A stretch of 62,398 nucleotides of DNA, filler included, from Globobulimina sp. (taxonomy: Eukaryota): NCBI GenBank assembly GCA_003354225.1. It is 28 parts of 28 records of this genome, joined end to end, with 100 filler letters (N's around TTAATTAATTAA, not from the genome) between each part and the next. Parts side by side here need not be neighbours in the genome. Positions count along the whole stretch, not along the records: positions 22,336 to 24,467 come from PIVH01008744.1; positions 24,568 to 26,699 come from PIVH01008745.1; positions 26,800 to 28,931 come from PIVH01008746.1; positions 29,032 to 31,163 come from PIVH01008747.1; positions 31,264 to 33,395 come from PIVH01008748.1; positions 33,496 to 35,627 come from PIVH01008749.1; 22 more parts are not named here. The stretch is one strand, 5' to 3'. Under the pieces are notes generated by a model, which was not told the DNA's origin, ran no database searches, and was given only the letters and a program-made list of their open reading frames with translations. A program made the position numbers and the translations under genes. Of the stretch, positions 22,336 to 35,116 are shown one piece after another. Each line of letters starts with the position of its first letter. Position 1 is the stretch's first letter.

Positions 22336-22824
22336 ATATTGAATAACTTCAGTTATAATGACACAGTGATTAACTGCGCCAGAGCTGTTCTTGCAGCAAC
22401 CATGGTTTTTACATATCCGATGGAACTATTTGTGGCGAGATATTCATTGATGCAATGTTTGAAATTAAGGAAAAGCATAAATACACAGAATGAGAGTAAA
22501 TGGTTTTACTCGCTAACGATTCTGTTATGGATGATTTCATTGTTAATTGGGGCATTTGTCACTGATTTGGGAATTGTTTTGGAATTTATCGGAGTTGTTT
22601 GTGGTGCATTGATTGGATTTATTTTCCCGGGATTGGTATTATTGAGAATTTACGGATACCATTATTTAAAAAATAATATGCTTGAAACATATGCGCGGAA
22701 TTCGAATAAAACAGTGAAAGACAAATGTATGGCCGCGTGGCATTTCTTATTTCCAATGTTTATGTCTTCGTTTGGTGTTCTCATTATGGTCATGGGATTG
22801 GTCGAAATATTCATCAACATGTAA
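22336..22824 (+). CDS. AAAP/SLC38-family amino acid transporter, C-terminal part
   Basis: LNNF...ARAVLAATMVFTYPMELFVAR, DLGIVLEFIG, IGFIFPG. Confidence 0.85.
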   Translation: MLNNFSYNDTVINCARAVLAATMVFTYPMELFVARYSLMQCLKLRKSINTQNESKWFYSLTILLWMISLLIGAFVTDLGIVLEFIGVVCGALIGFIFPGLVLLRIYGYHYLKNNMLETYARNSNKTVKDKCMAAWHFLFPMFMSSFGVLIMVMGLVEIFINM

Positions 22825-22919
22825 ACTGCGTGTCGTCGAAGATGTTTTTACTTAAAACTTTTCCTTACTTCATAAAGAAATGAACATTTAATAAAGCAAT
22901 CAGACACGAACACGAACAC

Positions 22920-24394
22920 TTACATTGATTTAAAAGTGAACACTATTAACTTCAAAATATACCAATCAATTATAACAATTAATATAATCCCCCAATCAGG
23001 ACACCAAAATAAAGCATACTCATTTTCTTCATTATAAAACTCCGTTTTCTCGCTATTATATTTCAAATAATCTTTCCAAAATACATGAAATGCGTAATAA
23101 TAAACAGCACTCACAATTGTAAATGATAACCACTCAACAAAAGCGATTATAACAATAATAAATTTACAACATCCAATGGCATGAAACGTTACAATTACAT
23201 AATACAAATAAAATAATGTCAAAGCATTAAAAATCAATATAAACGGCAACAATATAGAATAAAATATCCAACAAATCGAGACAAAATTGCCCGCTGCTGA
23301 TAAATCCGTATATTTTTCTCCCTCAATAGCCACTTTATCATTTAATAAGCCTTGAAATTGAAAAAACAATGAAAAAGATTGTGTGCTTTTATCCCAATCT
23401 CCGATCAAAATGAGCCCTGAGTTATGAAATGCGATCAACATCACCGACGCACAAATAATAACAATTCGAATGCAATGAATCGCCGCTTTCAAGTAATCCA
23501 AACGTATATTCATACACGCTCTGGTATTAATTCTCCGCACATGATCAGGATAAAAATACTGAATCGTTTTGTTATTGAAAGCTTTATCCAATCTCACCAC
23601 TCTTTTCATCACAAAGCAATTGATCACCACACCAATAAGCACAAATGCTGCCGCTCCATAATGCGGAACACCAAAGTTGGTACATGCTCCACCTATATAT
23701 ATCAGCATATATTGCACACCGCACAGAGAAAAGCAAACAGTGAATTACCTAATACTGGACAGGCAAAATTCGCATAGAAATTCATTTCTAACATGCCATA
23801 CAATATGACAAATAAATATAAATAAATGGCACTCCTCGAATAATGTTTGATGGTTGAAAGTAAAATATATAAAGTCGGTGCTTGAGGTATACGAATACCG
23901 CAACATAATATATATAAATATACCTCATTCGTGCATCTCGCACATAATATAATCATTGAAAACAATAAACAGGCAATGATTATCAAGGCAGAAACAATAA
24001 AAAACCTGCCGGCATCAACAGCGTACCGTTGAACAAATTTTAGTGGCACCTGATCTTCAATCAAGGCAGTATCGCCTGGATGGAATATGGAATTTGTCCA
24101 TCCAAAGGTCCAGAAATAAAAGCCAGACTGCGATGAATGGCCATATATGTTTATGACATGCTGGTCAATGCAGGTTGCGGCAGTACAGGTGAGTATGAAT
24201 AATAATATAATACCGAGCCATATACAGGTTAACTTTTGTGAGGCTTTTTGTTGTGAGGAGATATGGTTTGCTTTATAAATATCGCGTGGTTCAGCTGCTA
24301 TGTGCATATCAAATTCGTTGTTGGAATGTAAGCGTTGTTCGAGTTGAGATTTCATCCTGAGGTCACTGGCTGGAGCGCTCGTATCCAATGTCAT
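22920..24394 (-). CDS. Multi-pass membrane protein of unknown function, 2 exons
   Basis: Two ORFs join in frame through GT-AG intron 23693-23748 (PVL-G-GACT). Many hydrophobic segments. Confidence 0.75.
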
Positions 24395-25371
24395 TTCAAA
24401 TGATGCTGCATTGCTTGATTGTCGACTAAATTTATTGTGTGAGTGTGGTTTGCGTGGTTGTGGCTCTNNNNNNNNNNNNNNNNNNNNNNNNNNNNNNNNN
24501 NNNNNNNNNNNTTAATTAATTAANNNNNNNNNNNNNNNNNNNNNNNNNNNNNNNNNNNNNNNNNNNNATCTTGAAAGAGGTGATTTTAAAATGAAATATT
24601 ATAATACTAACACATAAAAAATAATTATGTGATGAGTTTCCTTCTCTGTCGAATGATTGTATGCTTAATTAATTTGGAAAATTGGTGTTAATCTTCATAA
24701 TCATTTGACTTTTTAGGTTCACACTTCTAAACACTTCTAAACACTCACCTCATAGACGACAGTGCAAGGATATATTTTTCCAGGATTCTAGCATATGAAA
24801 GAAAGAAGAGACAAATCTATGCAATAAAGGTAAAAATTTGTCGTCTATGAGGTGAGAACCCTGATATTAAGATTTTCTTGAAGGTGGCAAAAATATGGCT
24901 AATAATCGGATTATGATCATTGCTGCAGATGATATTCAAAAAAATGAAGAAATCGTATATGAATATTTTTAGCAATACAAATTTTGATCGCTTATTAAAA
25001 GGATATGGCATTACTTTAAATCCATCCATAAATTATCAAAAGTCAATTGAAATGAATTCTTTTTCTAAAGATATGGCAAAAGTATACAAGAATTACATAA
25101 CAACAGCATGGATTCTTCCTGCTTGTAATACGGATTTAAATGAACAGGAAGTGAGTGTTAATATCGCAGGGGCAAATAATGCAATATGCTCTTGGTAGCA
25201 GAGAACCAAAACGATGGATGGGCCAATCATTTATAGATAGTAAACTTTCCTTGCGACTATAACTGACATGCTATTTATGAGAATGTTTTTTGTGTCAGAG
25301 CTGGAACACTAAAAACATTGACATCATGGCCTAATCCGGCCCTGTTCTCAGTACTCTAAACAAATAAAAAT

Positions 25372-26475
25372 ATGTTTGGAAATCCCTATTATCAGAACCC
25401 ATTCACATCCAATCCACTGCTAATGATGATGATGGGAATGGGCAATCAAGACATGAATCCATACGAAGGAAATGGTTTATTGCATCCAGTGTATATCACA
25501 CCATCAATGATGCATTCATTACAACGTTCAGTGCCAGAATGGAAAGACCCCGCTTTAGATAATGCAAAAGAAGGCAATATGGATTGTATCAAAGGTGCCA
25601 CGGTCTCCTGTACTGATTCTGGTAAAAAAGCACGTACATTCGACCCAAGCACTGGTGCCATCGTATTAAAAGAACTACAAATCCCGGAGAAAATATCATG
25701 CTTTGCTGGCTGTGCACGTATATAATACCTATGACACACATACACACACAAAAAATGTACAATATACATAGAGTTTAATCCATGTAATACCAACTTATAT
25801 TCTTCCTTTGTGAAATCTGAACATTCCTGTGATGGCAGCGAGTATTTTTATTATACCTGCGAGTCCTTTGAGGAGATGGCGCCATTTGTCTCAGATTGTG
25901 CTAAACACGAAAAAGGAGCCAAAATAGATGCACCTATGACTACCATCTCTGGTGCATCAAAGTATAGAATATGGGAGAAAGTAGTGATGCACAACAGGGA
26001 GGAAGGCAAAGGGAGAGAGATTATGTACGATGATGACTCTGTGGAGCCAGGCATGGGAGTGTCTGTTGGAGGGGGCAATGCGGGGAATGCACCCATCACT
26101 GATGAGGAATTAGGCAATGTTTTGGATGATAAATATAAAAGCGATCAAGCCGGAATACAACCATTTTATAACTATATTGTTAATATGGATGGAAATATGC
26201 AAAATATGAATGTGATGGGTAATGATAATGAGAATGTTTATAATAATCATCGGGATACATTGGAATTAGTACTTGTTTGTGTTTGGGGCGTCTTATTTAG
26301 TGTTTTATTTTTGTGTTTTTGTTGTGTTATCGCTGGGTTTTGTGGATTTGTAGCAAGGGAAATAAGGAAAAAAATGAGGAATAATAAGGTGGATTTAAGA
26401 GGGTATAGACAAGATATCAGATATATTGATATGAGTGAAAGTGGAAGTGATAATGGGGATGACTCACTTGCTTGA
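25372..26475 (+). CDS. Single-pass membrane protein with a Cys-containing ectodomain; start uncertain
   Basis: ORFs 25372-25725 and 25810-26475 join through intron 25718-25771 (CA-Q-FNPC). TM helix LVLVCVWGVLFSVLFLCFCCVIAGFCGFVA followed by basic residues. Confidence 0.65.
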
Positions 26476-26820
26476 TAATGTTTTCTTTGTTTAGAAGAAA
26501 AAGTATTTTTTGTCAGTAATATAAATTTTTTTATCTTAGCGGTTCCACCGTGTAAAGATAAGCATTCATAGATCGGAGTTACAATAATAATTAAAAAAAA
26601 ACCATCGGAGTTACAATACAAAGCTAGATTAAGCTGTAATTATTGATTTCTTAGACGCGTCTTTGTGTGCGAGGATATTTAAAAACAGATCACAACAACN
26701 NNNNNNNNNNNNNNNNNNNNNNNNNNNNNNNNNNNNNNNNNNNTTAATTAATTAANNNNNNNNNNNNNNNNNNNNNNNNNNNNNNNNNNNNNNNNNNNNT
26801 AACGACCAATTATATTCTTC

Positions 26821-27141
26821 TTAATCTAGATAACATTCAATAAATCCGAACATATCGTCGCAGTGACTACATTTTACAGAAAGCGTGGCCTCGTATTCGG
26901 CAATTAATTTTACCAAACACTCACTGAATTTCTCCAATAATAACGCATCCAATGTATTATAAGTATTAATTGTTGATTCAATATATTTAGACTCAACATC
27001 GAAGTGATTAAACAGAATTAACTTATTATCGTTTGCGTTTACGTGAATAATATGAGCATTATTTCTTTGTTTATAATATATAAAAACGCTGAACGTCACA
27101 CATATGGCGGTTACTGATATTAATACAATATAACAAGCCAT
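26821..27141 (-). CDS. Hypothetical membrane-anchored protein, possibly truncated
   Basis: ATG 27141 (MACYIV), N-terminal TM helix, motif LIAEYEAT..VKCSHC. Confidence 0.4.
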   Translation of the reverse strand: MACYIVLISVTAICVTFSVFIYYKQRNNAHIIHVNANDNKLILFNHFDVESKYIESTINTYNTLDALLLEKFSECLVKLIAEYEATLSVKCSHCDDMFGFIECYLD

Positions 27142-27381
27142 TTTTATCTTTTGAGCCTTTAATTTTGTATATATTAAATATAACCGATGGCAATTGAAAA
27201 CCACTCTAGCTAACCAAAAACCTTGCCAATCACAAAAGAGTTTAGAAGTGTTAACCTAAAAAGTCAAATGTTTTACACCAACACACACAAAAGAATTAAT
27301 CAGATCAGAACATTTATAATATGTAAATCTGTAAATTTGTTGAATTATGGGATATAACCACCGGGTATCTTTATAAAGACA

Positions 27382-28749
27382 TTACAGAGGAACATTAAAA
27401 ATAGCAGTACTTTTAAGCGTATTATAATTCTGAGACCAAAACTTGTTATCGCAATTTTTACGATGTATATTTTTCCAATGCTTTTTTTGACATTTTTTAT
27501 TGCAATACATTACTTTCATGCATCCAGTGCATGATCGCAATTTTCTTCCTTTTTCCATTCCACAATATCCACATTTCATTTTATTCAATTCTTTGATAAA
27601 TAATCTCTTTTTTTTACCATATCTCTCTACAAATGATGGCGTAATACACATTTCATTATCAATATGGCATAATTTATACGCACGTTTTAAACATTTCAAA
27701 CCAATTCCATATTCACCAAAATATTTACAAATTTTACTTAAATATCGCAATGAAAAAGATATGAGCACAAATGAACCCGCTTTATCAATCGCAGCAATAA
27801 ATGTATATTTTGCATCCAAATATCTTTTATTTTTTAAATACATTTTTCCATAAAGAAAAGCTATACCTCCTGCTGTTGTGGGATCATTTGCGTCGAAGGT
27901 ATCTGGTTCAAATTGATCAGATATAAACATTTTGCCATATTTCTCAATATCTATATGGTTACGCCAACTAATTACCACTTTCCATAATTTTATTGCAATC
28001 TCTCCACCCACAAATAAAACCATTTCTTTTTGCAATTCTTTCTCAGTTATACTGAACAACATATTCCCAATGCATTTTGCACCAAAAAACAACGCAAATC
28101 CAGATATTGTGTTATATGTCAGATTAGGACTCCAATTCGCATTATTCAATAGATACAGTGCGTGCCATAATATGATTTCCCATTGTTTAGCATTGCATTG
28201 CCCCGTAAATTCGGTAGCTAATATCATATTGTTTATAGAAACATGTTTCCGACAATGTATGATCAAATCAAATTTCTCAAAGGCGGTGCAACAGTAATTA
28301 TGTGCCACCAAAATCACCACTATCATGTGACTCATATCTATAAATGCAGCTGGCCATGGTCGTTGCACAGTGGATTTGGGAGTGGCAGATATATATTTAA
28401 TAATACTTGCTATGAAATGATGATTTGTATGAAATATAAGATGTTTTAAAAGTTGTTCGACAGATTGTTTATTTGTAATCCATAATTGTTTTTGTTGCAA
28501 TATTGCTTTGTTTAACTCATTGTATGGTAACACACCAAATCCACGCATTTCCAATTCATGTCCAATTTTTTTCATTGCAATGAAGCATTCACTCCAAAAG
28601 TTTGAACACGTATTGTCGTCGATCGGTGGTAGTATAGTTTGTATTTGAAGGTGGCGTTCAAGTAAACCCATTTTAAAACCAGCCTCATATCCACGTTGAT
28701 ATGCTGCCAAAAATTTGTATAATTTAAAAGTGTCATGAAGCCATGCCAT
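27382..28749 (-). CDS. MYND-type zinc finger protein with TPR-like helices
   Basis: C-terminal CGYC...LRSCTGCMKVMYCNKKCQKKHWKNIHRKNC. First ATG at 28749. Confidence 0.9.
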   Translation of the reverse strand: MAWLHDTFKLYKFLAAYQRGYEAGFKMGLLERHLQIQTILPPIDDNTCSNFWSECFIAMKKIGHELEMRGFGVLPYNELNKAILQQKQLWITNKQSVEQLLKHLIFHTNHHFIASIIKYISATPKSTVQRPWPAAFIDMSHMIVVILVAHNYCCTAFEKFDLIIHCRKHVSINNMILATEFTGQCNAKQWEIILWHALYLLNNANWSPNLTYNTISGFALFFGAKCIGNMLFSITEKELQKEMVLFVGGEIAIKLWKVVISWRNHIDIEKYGKMFISDQFEPDTFDANDPTTAGGIAFLYGKMYLKNKRYLDAKYTFIAAIDKAGSFVLISFSLRYLSKICKYFGEYGIGLKCLKRAYKLCHIDNEMCITPSFVERYGKKKRLFIKELNKMKCGYCGMEKGRKLRSCTGCMKVMYCNKKCQKKHWKNIHRKNCDNKFWSQNYNTLKSTAIFNVPL

Positions 28750-29141
28750 GAGAGAAGTGCTGTGTATACCAAATCTGCGGAAACATGCAAAGGGAAAATA
28801 ATTAATTCGGTTCAAGAACAAACATTTACTAATATTAATATAATTATCGCAAATGATATCAACAATCTTAATGTATTCGCCATTATGATTCTACTAGTAC
28901 TTGTGCAAAATGTAAAGTCTAATTTTGGATGNNNNNNNNNNNNNNNNNNNNNNNNNNNNNNNNNNNNNNNNNNNNTTAATTAATTAANNNNNNNNNNNNN
29001 NNNNNNNNNNNNNNNNNNNNNNNNNNNNNNNGTATATGATTTGAGGACTGGGTTATGGCGTTGGTTGGAGATCGATAGTGTGACATCTCGATAAATTTGA
29101 AGTGCCGAACATTTCCAAAACTTCACAAGTGTGACTGTCAG

Positions 29142-31064
29142 ATGGCATCTAAATCAAACAACCTGATCAAAGATACAGATTTAGAAAGGTGGTTAGTTGC
29201 TGTTAAACAAAGAAAACAAATTATAACAGATTTTACTCAAATTGCTCCTAAATTGCAATATGCGCTACAGAAACAGCATAAATATATGAACCAGCTATCT
29301 ACGCAGCTAATAAGTACGTGTGAAAAATCCATACAACATCTGTCTATTACAAAGTGTTTTTTGTTGGAAGGTACATATATATCAGCTGCCAATGCAGATA
29401 ATCCATTTTCGAATCCAGAGGATTCATTTGCTTCACAATTAATTGAAATGGGATATGAAATGCAAAAATTTGAATTAAGCGAAAAGGACCACTTACAAAC
29501 AATTACTAAACATTTAGTTGACGCAATGCAGCAATTTAAACGCAACCAATATAAGAAAATCACTCCTTTGAAAAAAAAATATAGAAATCTTAAAAAGAAA
29601 CATAAAAAAACTAAAGATAAGAACGTATTGATGGAAGTCAATAACACTAAAAACAAATTAATCGCTGAACTGTATGCACTGAAATCACGTCAAAACACGG
29701 ACTTATTAAATGACGTAGATTCATATTGGAGATCATATTCAAACCTAATAAGTACAAAAAATAATATAATGCAGGACAGTATTAATCGATTAAAAAAAGA
29801 AGACGACAAAAAAGATGATGATGATGAGGAGGATAATAAATTTGCGGTGGATTTTGATATGAAAGAAATAGATAAAAAAGTTGGTTTCAACGACATTCAA
29901 ATTAAAGTTCTCAAATTTCTGATTAAAAGAATTCATATTAAAACATTAACAAAATATAATCGCGTTATTTATATTGATTCCACCATTGACAACAACAAAA
30001 TTATTAAGTTTTTATCGTTAAAAAATCACTTAAAACAATATATGTTGAAAGATATTGAGAAAGTAGAAAAAGTATATAATGACTCAATGAGTGAAATCAA
30101 ACTAAAATTCAAAGATAAAAAAGAATATCATTATCAATTTGAATCAGCGGTAAAAAGAGAAGAATTTGTTGGCCAATTGTTGGAATATCATACTTATAAA
30201 ACAAAAAATAATTTAATGTCCATATTGGTCGGCAGTTGGAACGTCGGAGACAGTGCTTTCAATATAGATGCTGTGCGGAGATGGTTTCCATCCGCAACTG
30301 AACAATACAATGATTTGTATATTATTGGATTGCAAGAAGTAGACTATAAATCGAAAAATAAATGGATCTCTGGTATATTATCACATATTGATACTAAAAA
30401 TGAGTATATTGTATTAATTAAAACATGGTTAATGGCTATTGGTATATTGGTGATAATTCATATCAATCATATTGCAAAAATATCACATTTGCAGTCCTCG
30501 ACGGTTGCAACCGGCAAAGGTAATATTATTGGTAATAAAGGTGGGACAGCGATATCTTTTCAATTCATGGAATCTACATTTTTGTTTGTAAATTGTCATT
30601 TGGCCGCTCGCGCAGAACGCTTTACAAAAAGAGCAAAAAACTTCACCCGCATTGTTAAAGAATTGAACTTAGGAATTATCAAAAATGTTGATATTTTGCA
30701 CCAATTTACGCATGTTGTATGGTTTGGCGATTTGAACTATCGAATAGAAAAAGAATTTGGTGACGTTTTGCAATTGGTTGACAAGGAGAAATGGAGTGAT
30801 TTGGTTAAATTTGATCAGTTATATCATCAAATGAGATTTGATACTGTTTTCAGTGGTTTTTGCGAAGGGCAAATATCATTTTGTCCAACTTATCGATGGG
30901 AGCGAAGTAAAAATATTGTATCAAATAAAAGAAATCAACCGCCGTCATACACGGATCGGATTTTATACCGCACGTTGCCAAATACATTTGATTTGTGGCA
31001 AGAAACATATTCATCATCGCCGAATTGTTGGAGAGATTGGGCTGGCTTCGGAGCGTACTGCTGA
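29142..31064 (+). CDS. Inositol polyphosphate 5-phosphatase with N-terminal BAR-like and PH-like regions; true 3' end apparently replaced
   Basis: GSWNVG, IGLQEV, GNKGG, FVNCHLAA, WFGDLNYRI, PTYR and PSYTDRILY are present. The final SDHxPV motif is absent and the sequence turns GC-richer after about 31027. Confidence 0.9.
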   Translation: MASKSNNLIKDTDLERWLVAVKQRKQIITDFTQIAPKLQYALQKQHKYMNQLSTQLISTCEKSIQHLSITKCFLLEGTYISAANADNPFSNPEDSFASQLIEMGYEMQKFELSEKDHLQTITKHLVDAMQQFKRNQYKKITPLKKKYRNLKKKHKKTKDKNVLMEVNNTKNKLIAELYALKSRQNTDLLNDVDSYWRSYSNLISTKNNIMQDSINRLKKEDDKKDDDDEEDNKFAVDFDMKEIDKKVGFNDIQIKVLKFLIKRIHIKTLTKYNRVIYIDSTIDNNKIIKFLSLKNHLKQYMLKDIEKVEKVYNDSMSEIKLKFKDKKEYHYQFESAVKREEFVGQLLEYHTYKTKNNLMSILVGSWNVGDSAFNIDAVRRWFPSATEQYNDLYIIGLQEVDYKSKNKWISGILSHIDTKNEYIVLIKTWLMAIGILVIIHINHIAKISHLQSSTVATGKGNIIGNKGGTAISFQFMESTFLFVNCHLAARAERFTKRAKNFTRIVKELNLGIIKNVDILHQFTHVVWFGDLNYRIEKEFGDVLQLVDKEKWSDLVKFDQLYHQMRFDTVFSGFCEGQISFCPTYRWERSKNIVSNKRNQPPSYTDRILYRTLPNTFDLWQETYSSSPNCWRDWAGFGAYC

Positions 31065-31263
31065 CACGTGGTTCGATTGCAGAATGGTGTCTGGGCACGC
31101 TGTTTAGCTTGCCATTTAACGACATTGGTGGTAGTCTCATCGGTGTTCTTTGTTCGAGCTGGANNNNNNNNNNNNNNNNNNNNNNNNNNNNNNNNNNNNN
31201 NNNNNNNTTAATTAATTAANNNNNNNNNNNNNNNNNNNNNNNNNNNNNNNNNNNNNNNNNNNN

Positions 31264-33080
31264 ATTCAATATATTCCAATCGGAATTTTCTGCAAAAATC
31301 ATAGGTTTTAATGCTGCAAAATATTGATAGGTTACGTTAAAATTAATTATAATTTTCTTTTTTCTATCACAAAAATATGAGAATGATTTTTTCACATAGT
31401 CACTAAATTTATTATTCTCTTTTTTGTTTACTTTACATTGTATCAATTCATTTATAATAATAATATCATTTTGTTTAATATTAATATTAGCGGCAATTGT
31501 TTCTTTCAATTCCGACCCACTTAACATACACTCCAAGTAATATAACAATCTACAAAATCGTTTCAACGCTTGTTTTGTTTGCACCAATAAAATATTAAAA
31601 ACTCTTAAAGGATATCGCCCGCCAATCCATATTCTTTCATCTTCCGCAGGAAACGCTGAAATCCAGCTCGAGTCAAAACAGATTAGTCCTCTTCCATTGT
31701 AACTAAGTGATTGCTTCAATGCGATTACAATCCCAGTTGACTCCGCAAAACGTAATGCCACTGCAACCTGCATAGTAGTGGAGGTTGGCGCATTCAATCG
31801 AATTTGAAAAGATTCCATGAAAATCAATGGCATTCCACAGTAAAACGTAGCATTCTTATTCCTGGCTTTATTTATTTTAATACCGAAATATTCGATAGTT
31901 TCATATAGTAAACGTGCCCAATGCGCAAATTCTTTATTTCTGTTTTTAATGGAATTGACAGATTCTTTTTCGTATATTGCACGGAATGTAGCTGAGAAAT
32001 GGCGGCTTAATTTTGATAAATCAGTGTATAGAATAACTGACAATATATGCGGTGCATCAATAAATGAATGTTTTTTAATTTCGTAATGTAAGACACGATT
32101 TAAATTTGCAGCTCTTAATTTTTTTGCAGTCTTACTTTTACATTTCTTGCTTGCTTTTACTGTGACAGTATCGTAGACCAACTTTGATTCTTTAAAGATG
32201 CTATTTTGTAATATTTCTTGTTGAATATTTTCATATTTTGCTGCAACAAATAAATCTTTATATGTTAATATTTCATCACTTTCGTTGAGTGGATTTGTTT
32301 CTAATTCTGAATGAGTATTTATTTTATTTTTGTAATAGTCCCAATAATAAAATTTGTATCCAATTTTGAATACATTGTTATTTTCTAATTTTTCTTTCTC
32401 ATCGTCAAATGTTTCATGTTTTACTGTTAACAGTGGACATTTTAATATTATTAAGCAAATTGAATATAATTTTTATGTATACAACAAAACTCAAACAAAC
32501 CTTCATTGTTTACATCAGAATCATTCGTATTATCTGGTAATATGATATTAAATTTCTTAATACGATTAAACGTAATACGATTTGATTTCGATTGTTGTTG
32601 TAATATGGAAGTAATTTTAATATCATTATCATCCGATTCATCTGCATCCAAATCACTTGATTTACTTTCTATACTTTTTGGTTTTGATTTTGATAATGTC
32701 CTTAATCTGACTCCGGTATCAAATGAATGAAATAAAAATGTATGAATTTCATCCATAAGATTTTGAGCAAATTGTAATTCTGCATCAGATGTAATATTTT
32801 GATTTATTTCCGATCCATAATTTGTTTGTTTCATTCTATTCAATGAATGACAACTTAATACGTTACAATCAGTAATCAACGAATTCCAATTTAATTCGAT
32901 ATATTCATAAATATTATCCAATTGATTGTTATGTTGGATAACAATATGCGCAAAATCATCTAAAATGCGTGGATATGTTTTATTGGTAAATATTAACAAC
33001 TTATGTATATCTTTTATATTTTGGTAATATAATAAGCAATGTATAATTCGTGTTAATGCTGTACAATGCTGTATTACTTT
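31264..33080 (-). CDS. Large protein with an N-terminal His/Cys helical domain and a C-terminal ADP-ribosyltransferase-like domain; partial at both ends
   Basis: Intron 32424-32500 joins the ORFs in frame. Motifs: GYKFYYW, HILSVILYTD, FSATFR, WARLLYETIEYFG, FYCG, PTSTT, VALRFA, GIVI, WISAFPAEDERIWIGG. Confidence 0.75.
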
Positions 33081-33747
33081 TCATTTCTTGCAGTGATGGA
33101 GATACACATAGTATAACATATATGTCACCATAGTAACATCAATTGGTTGCCAGGGGTTACCAGTAGGTCACTGCCAATAGTGGTCACCATTTAGATCTGG
33201 TCACTATGATAGCTGGTTAAACAATCATTACTGTGTCACTGATCACACTTAGACTTAGAGGAAACAGCAGCTAGAGTGTCTATCACAAGGCACACACTTT
33301 ACTGAAGAAGATATTTAATGTAAAGCCTACCATGGCTTTCATGCAATTTTCCTGAAACTAGAATGGATTATTAAAATGAAATTACATAATTTATANNNNN
33401 NNNNNNNNNNNNNNNNNNNNNNNNNNNNNNNNNNNNNNNTTAATTAATTAANNNNNNNNNNNNNNNNNNNNNNNNNNNNNNNNNNNNNNNNNNNNCACTT
33501 TACTATATCTTTCAAATAACATTGATTATAATAATTTTATTTTTTTATTTATTCAATTTATTAATATTGTAATAATTTTATGCTTATAATTTATTTACAT
33601 TTACAGTTGGCGCGTACAGCATTGTCAGACATAAAAATTAAAACTTTTAAGTTATTATCTTCAAAGTCCAGCTGTGACTTAATAAAGCTTATCGCGAAGC
33701 AAATATAGTAAACACATCCACACGAATTTGTAATATAACCATTAATC

Positions 33748-35116
33748 ATGTCGATTGTATCGGAGTCAACAATGTCCGCAGGAACAATCCCACAAAAGAA
33801 TTCTACACTATGTATGAATGATGATAGTACGAATACAAACAACAACTTATCCCAATTTGCATTATTAACATCACCCAATACATTGCCAGTTTGGCCCATG
33901 TCCTCCCCGTTAGATGCATTATTCCCATTTAATGCGTTCCCAGGAACACCAACAACAATGACCACAAATCAATTTCTCAACTCGCCGATATTTCAGCATA
34001 GCAACAATCAGCCACCAATTATCCAACCAATACAAATGATGAATAACGCAAACAATAATATTAATAATAATTTATTACAGCCATTGACTCCATCAACTTT
34101 GTCCATGCTATATTTACCAACATCTGCCATCACAGATAATATGTTCTCGATGGAAAATATAAATAATATTACTGCTATGGATATTAATCAATTGAACCAA
34201 CTTGCAAACATGCAAAATTTTGGCGATGTCAATATGAATATGAATATCAACGATCCCGTTAATCTTTCAAATCTTGTCGCAAATAATTTGAACACTGATA
34301 ATAAACCAAAATTGCTTAGCAATGATATTCAAGGATTAGTGCGCAAATCAAAACGCGGACGAAAACGAAAGGTCGGTCATCATTTCTTTTAATTTATAAT
34401 TTTTCTGAATCAACCAAATTAGAATTTTCTTGTTTTTTCGACTTTGCAACATCATCAAACACCAATTTGTAAATTGTTAACGTTATAAAACGAGATAACT
34501 AGAAATTTCTGACAAATAATTTATAAACAGATAAAACAGGAAGATGAGAGCACAGCGTTTGGTCAGCCAGCAAGGAATAAAAGAGGCCGCAAAAAAAAAC
34601 AAAGCCACGCTGGAGAGAAAAGAGACGATTTAGAATTATTAAGTGAGCGAATGAAAGAGCGAAATGAAAAATTAATGACAAATGACAGTGAAACTGGATT
34701 TATTGGCATCAGGACCATTGATGGTGAGATTAAAGTGCCTATTCCTGCAAAAATTAAAATTGAATATGAAATATTTGGAGATGCGTGCACTGATAAAATA
34801 GAAGACATATTACAGGCTAAAGGTAGGACGAGGTATGTTCGCGGCTTGTCCGAAGAAGAAAAAAAAGATAGGCGGCGCGAACAAAATAGAAATGCTGCGG
34901 CAAGGTCAAGGGCAAGAAAAAATGCTATGATTAGTAAAGTTATTCAGCTCCATCAAGAAAATTTGGGATTGAGGGCGTATACTGCTGTTAAGTTCATATT
35001 TGTTTTCAATATTTCGTTTTATTTTTGTTTTGTTTTTTTTTGTATAGAAAACGATTTTGACATTAAAGAATTTAAAAGACGAAGTTGAAACATTACGAAA
35101 TATGGTAAAAAAATAA
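33748..35116 (+). CDS. bZIP transcription factor, 3 exons
   Basis: Introns 34372-34530 and 34987-35047 splice in frame. Basic region KKDRRREQNRNAAARSRARK, heptad zipper, N/Q/P-rich N-terminus. Confidence 0.92.

Noticed and set aside
32160-32424. Apparent gap or frameshift between ORFs 32451-32999 and 31216-32181
   Set aside because: Intron 32424-32500 followed by an open, Met-free frame explains it fully.
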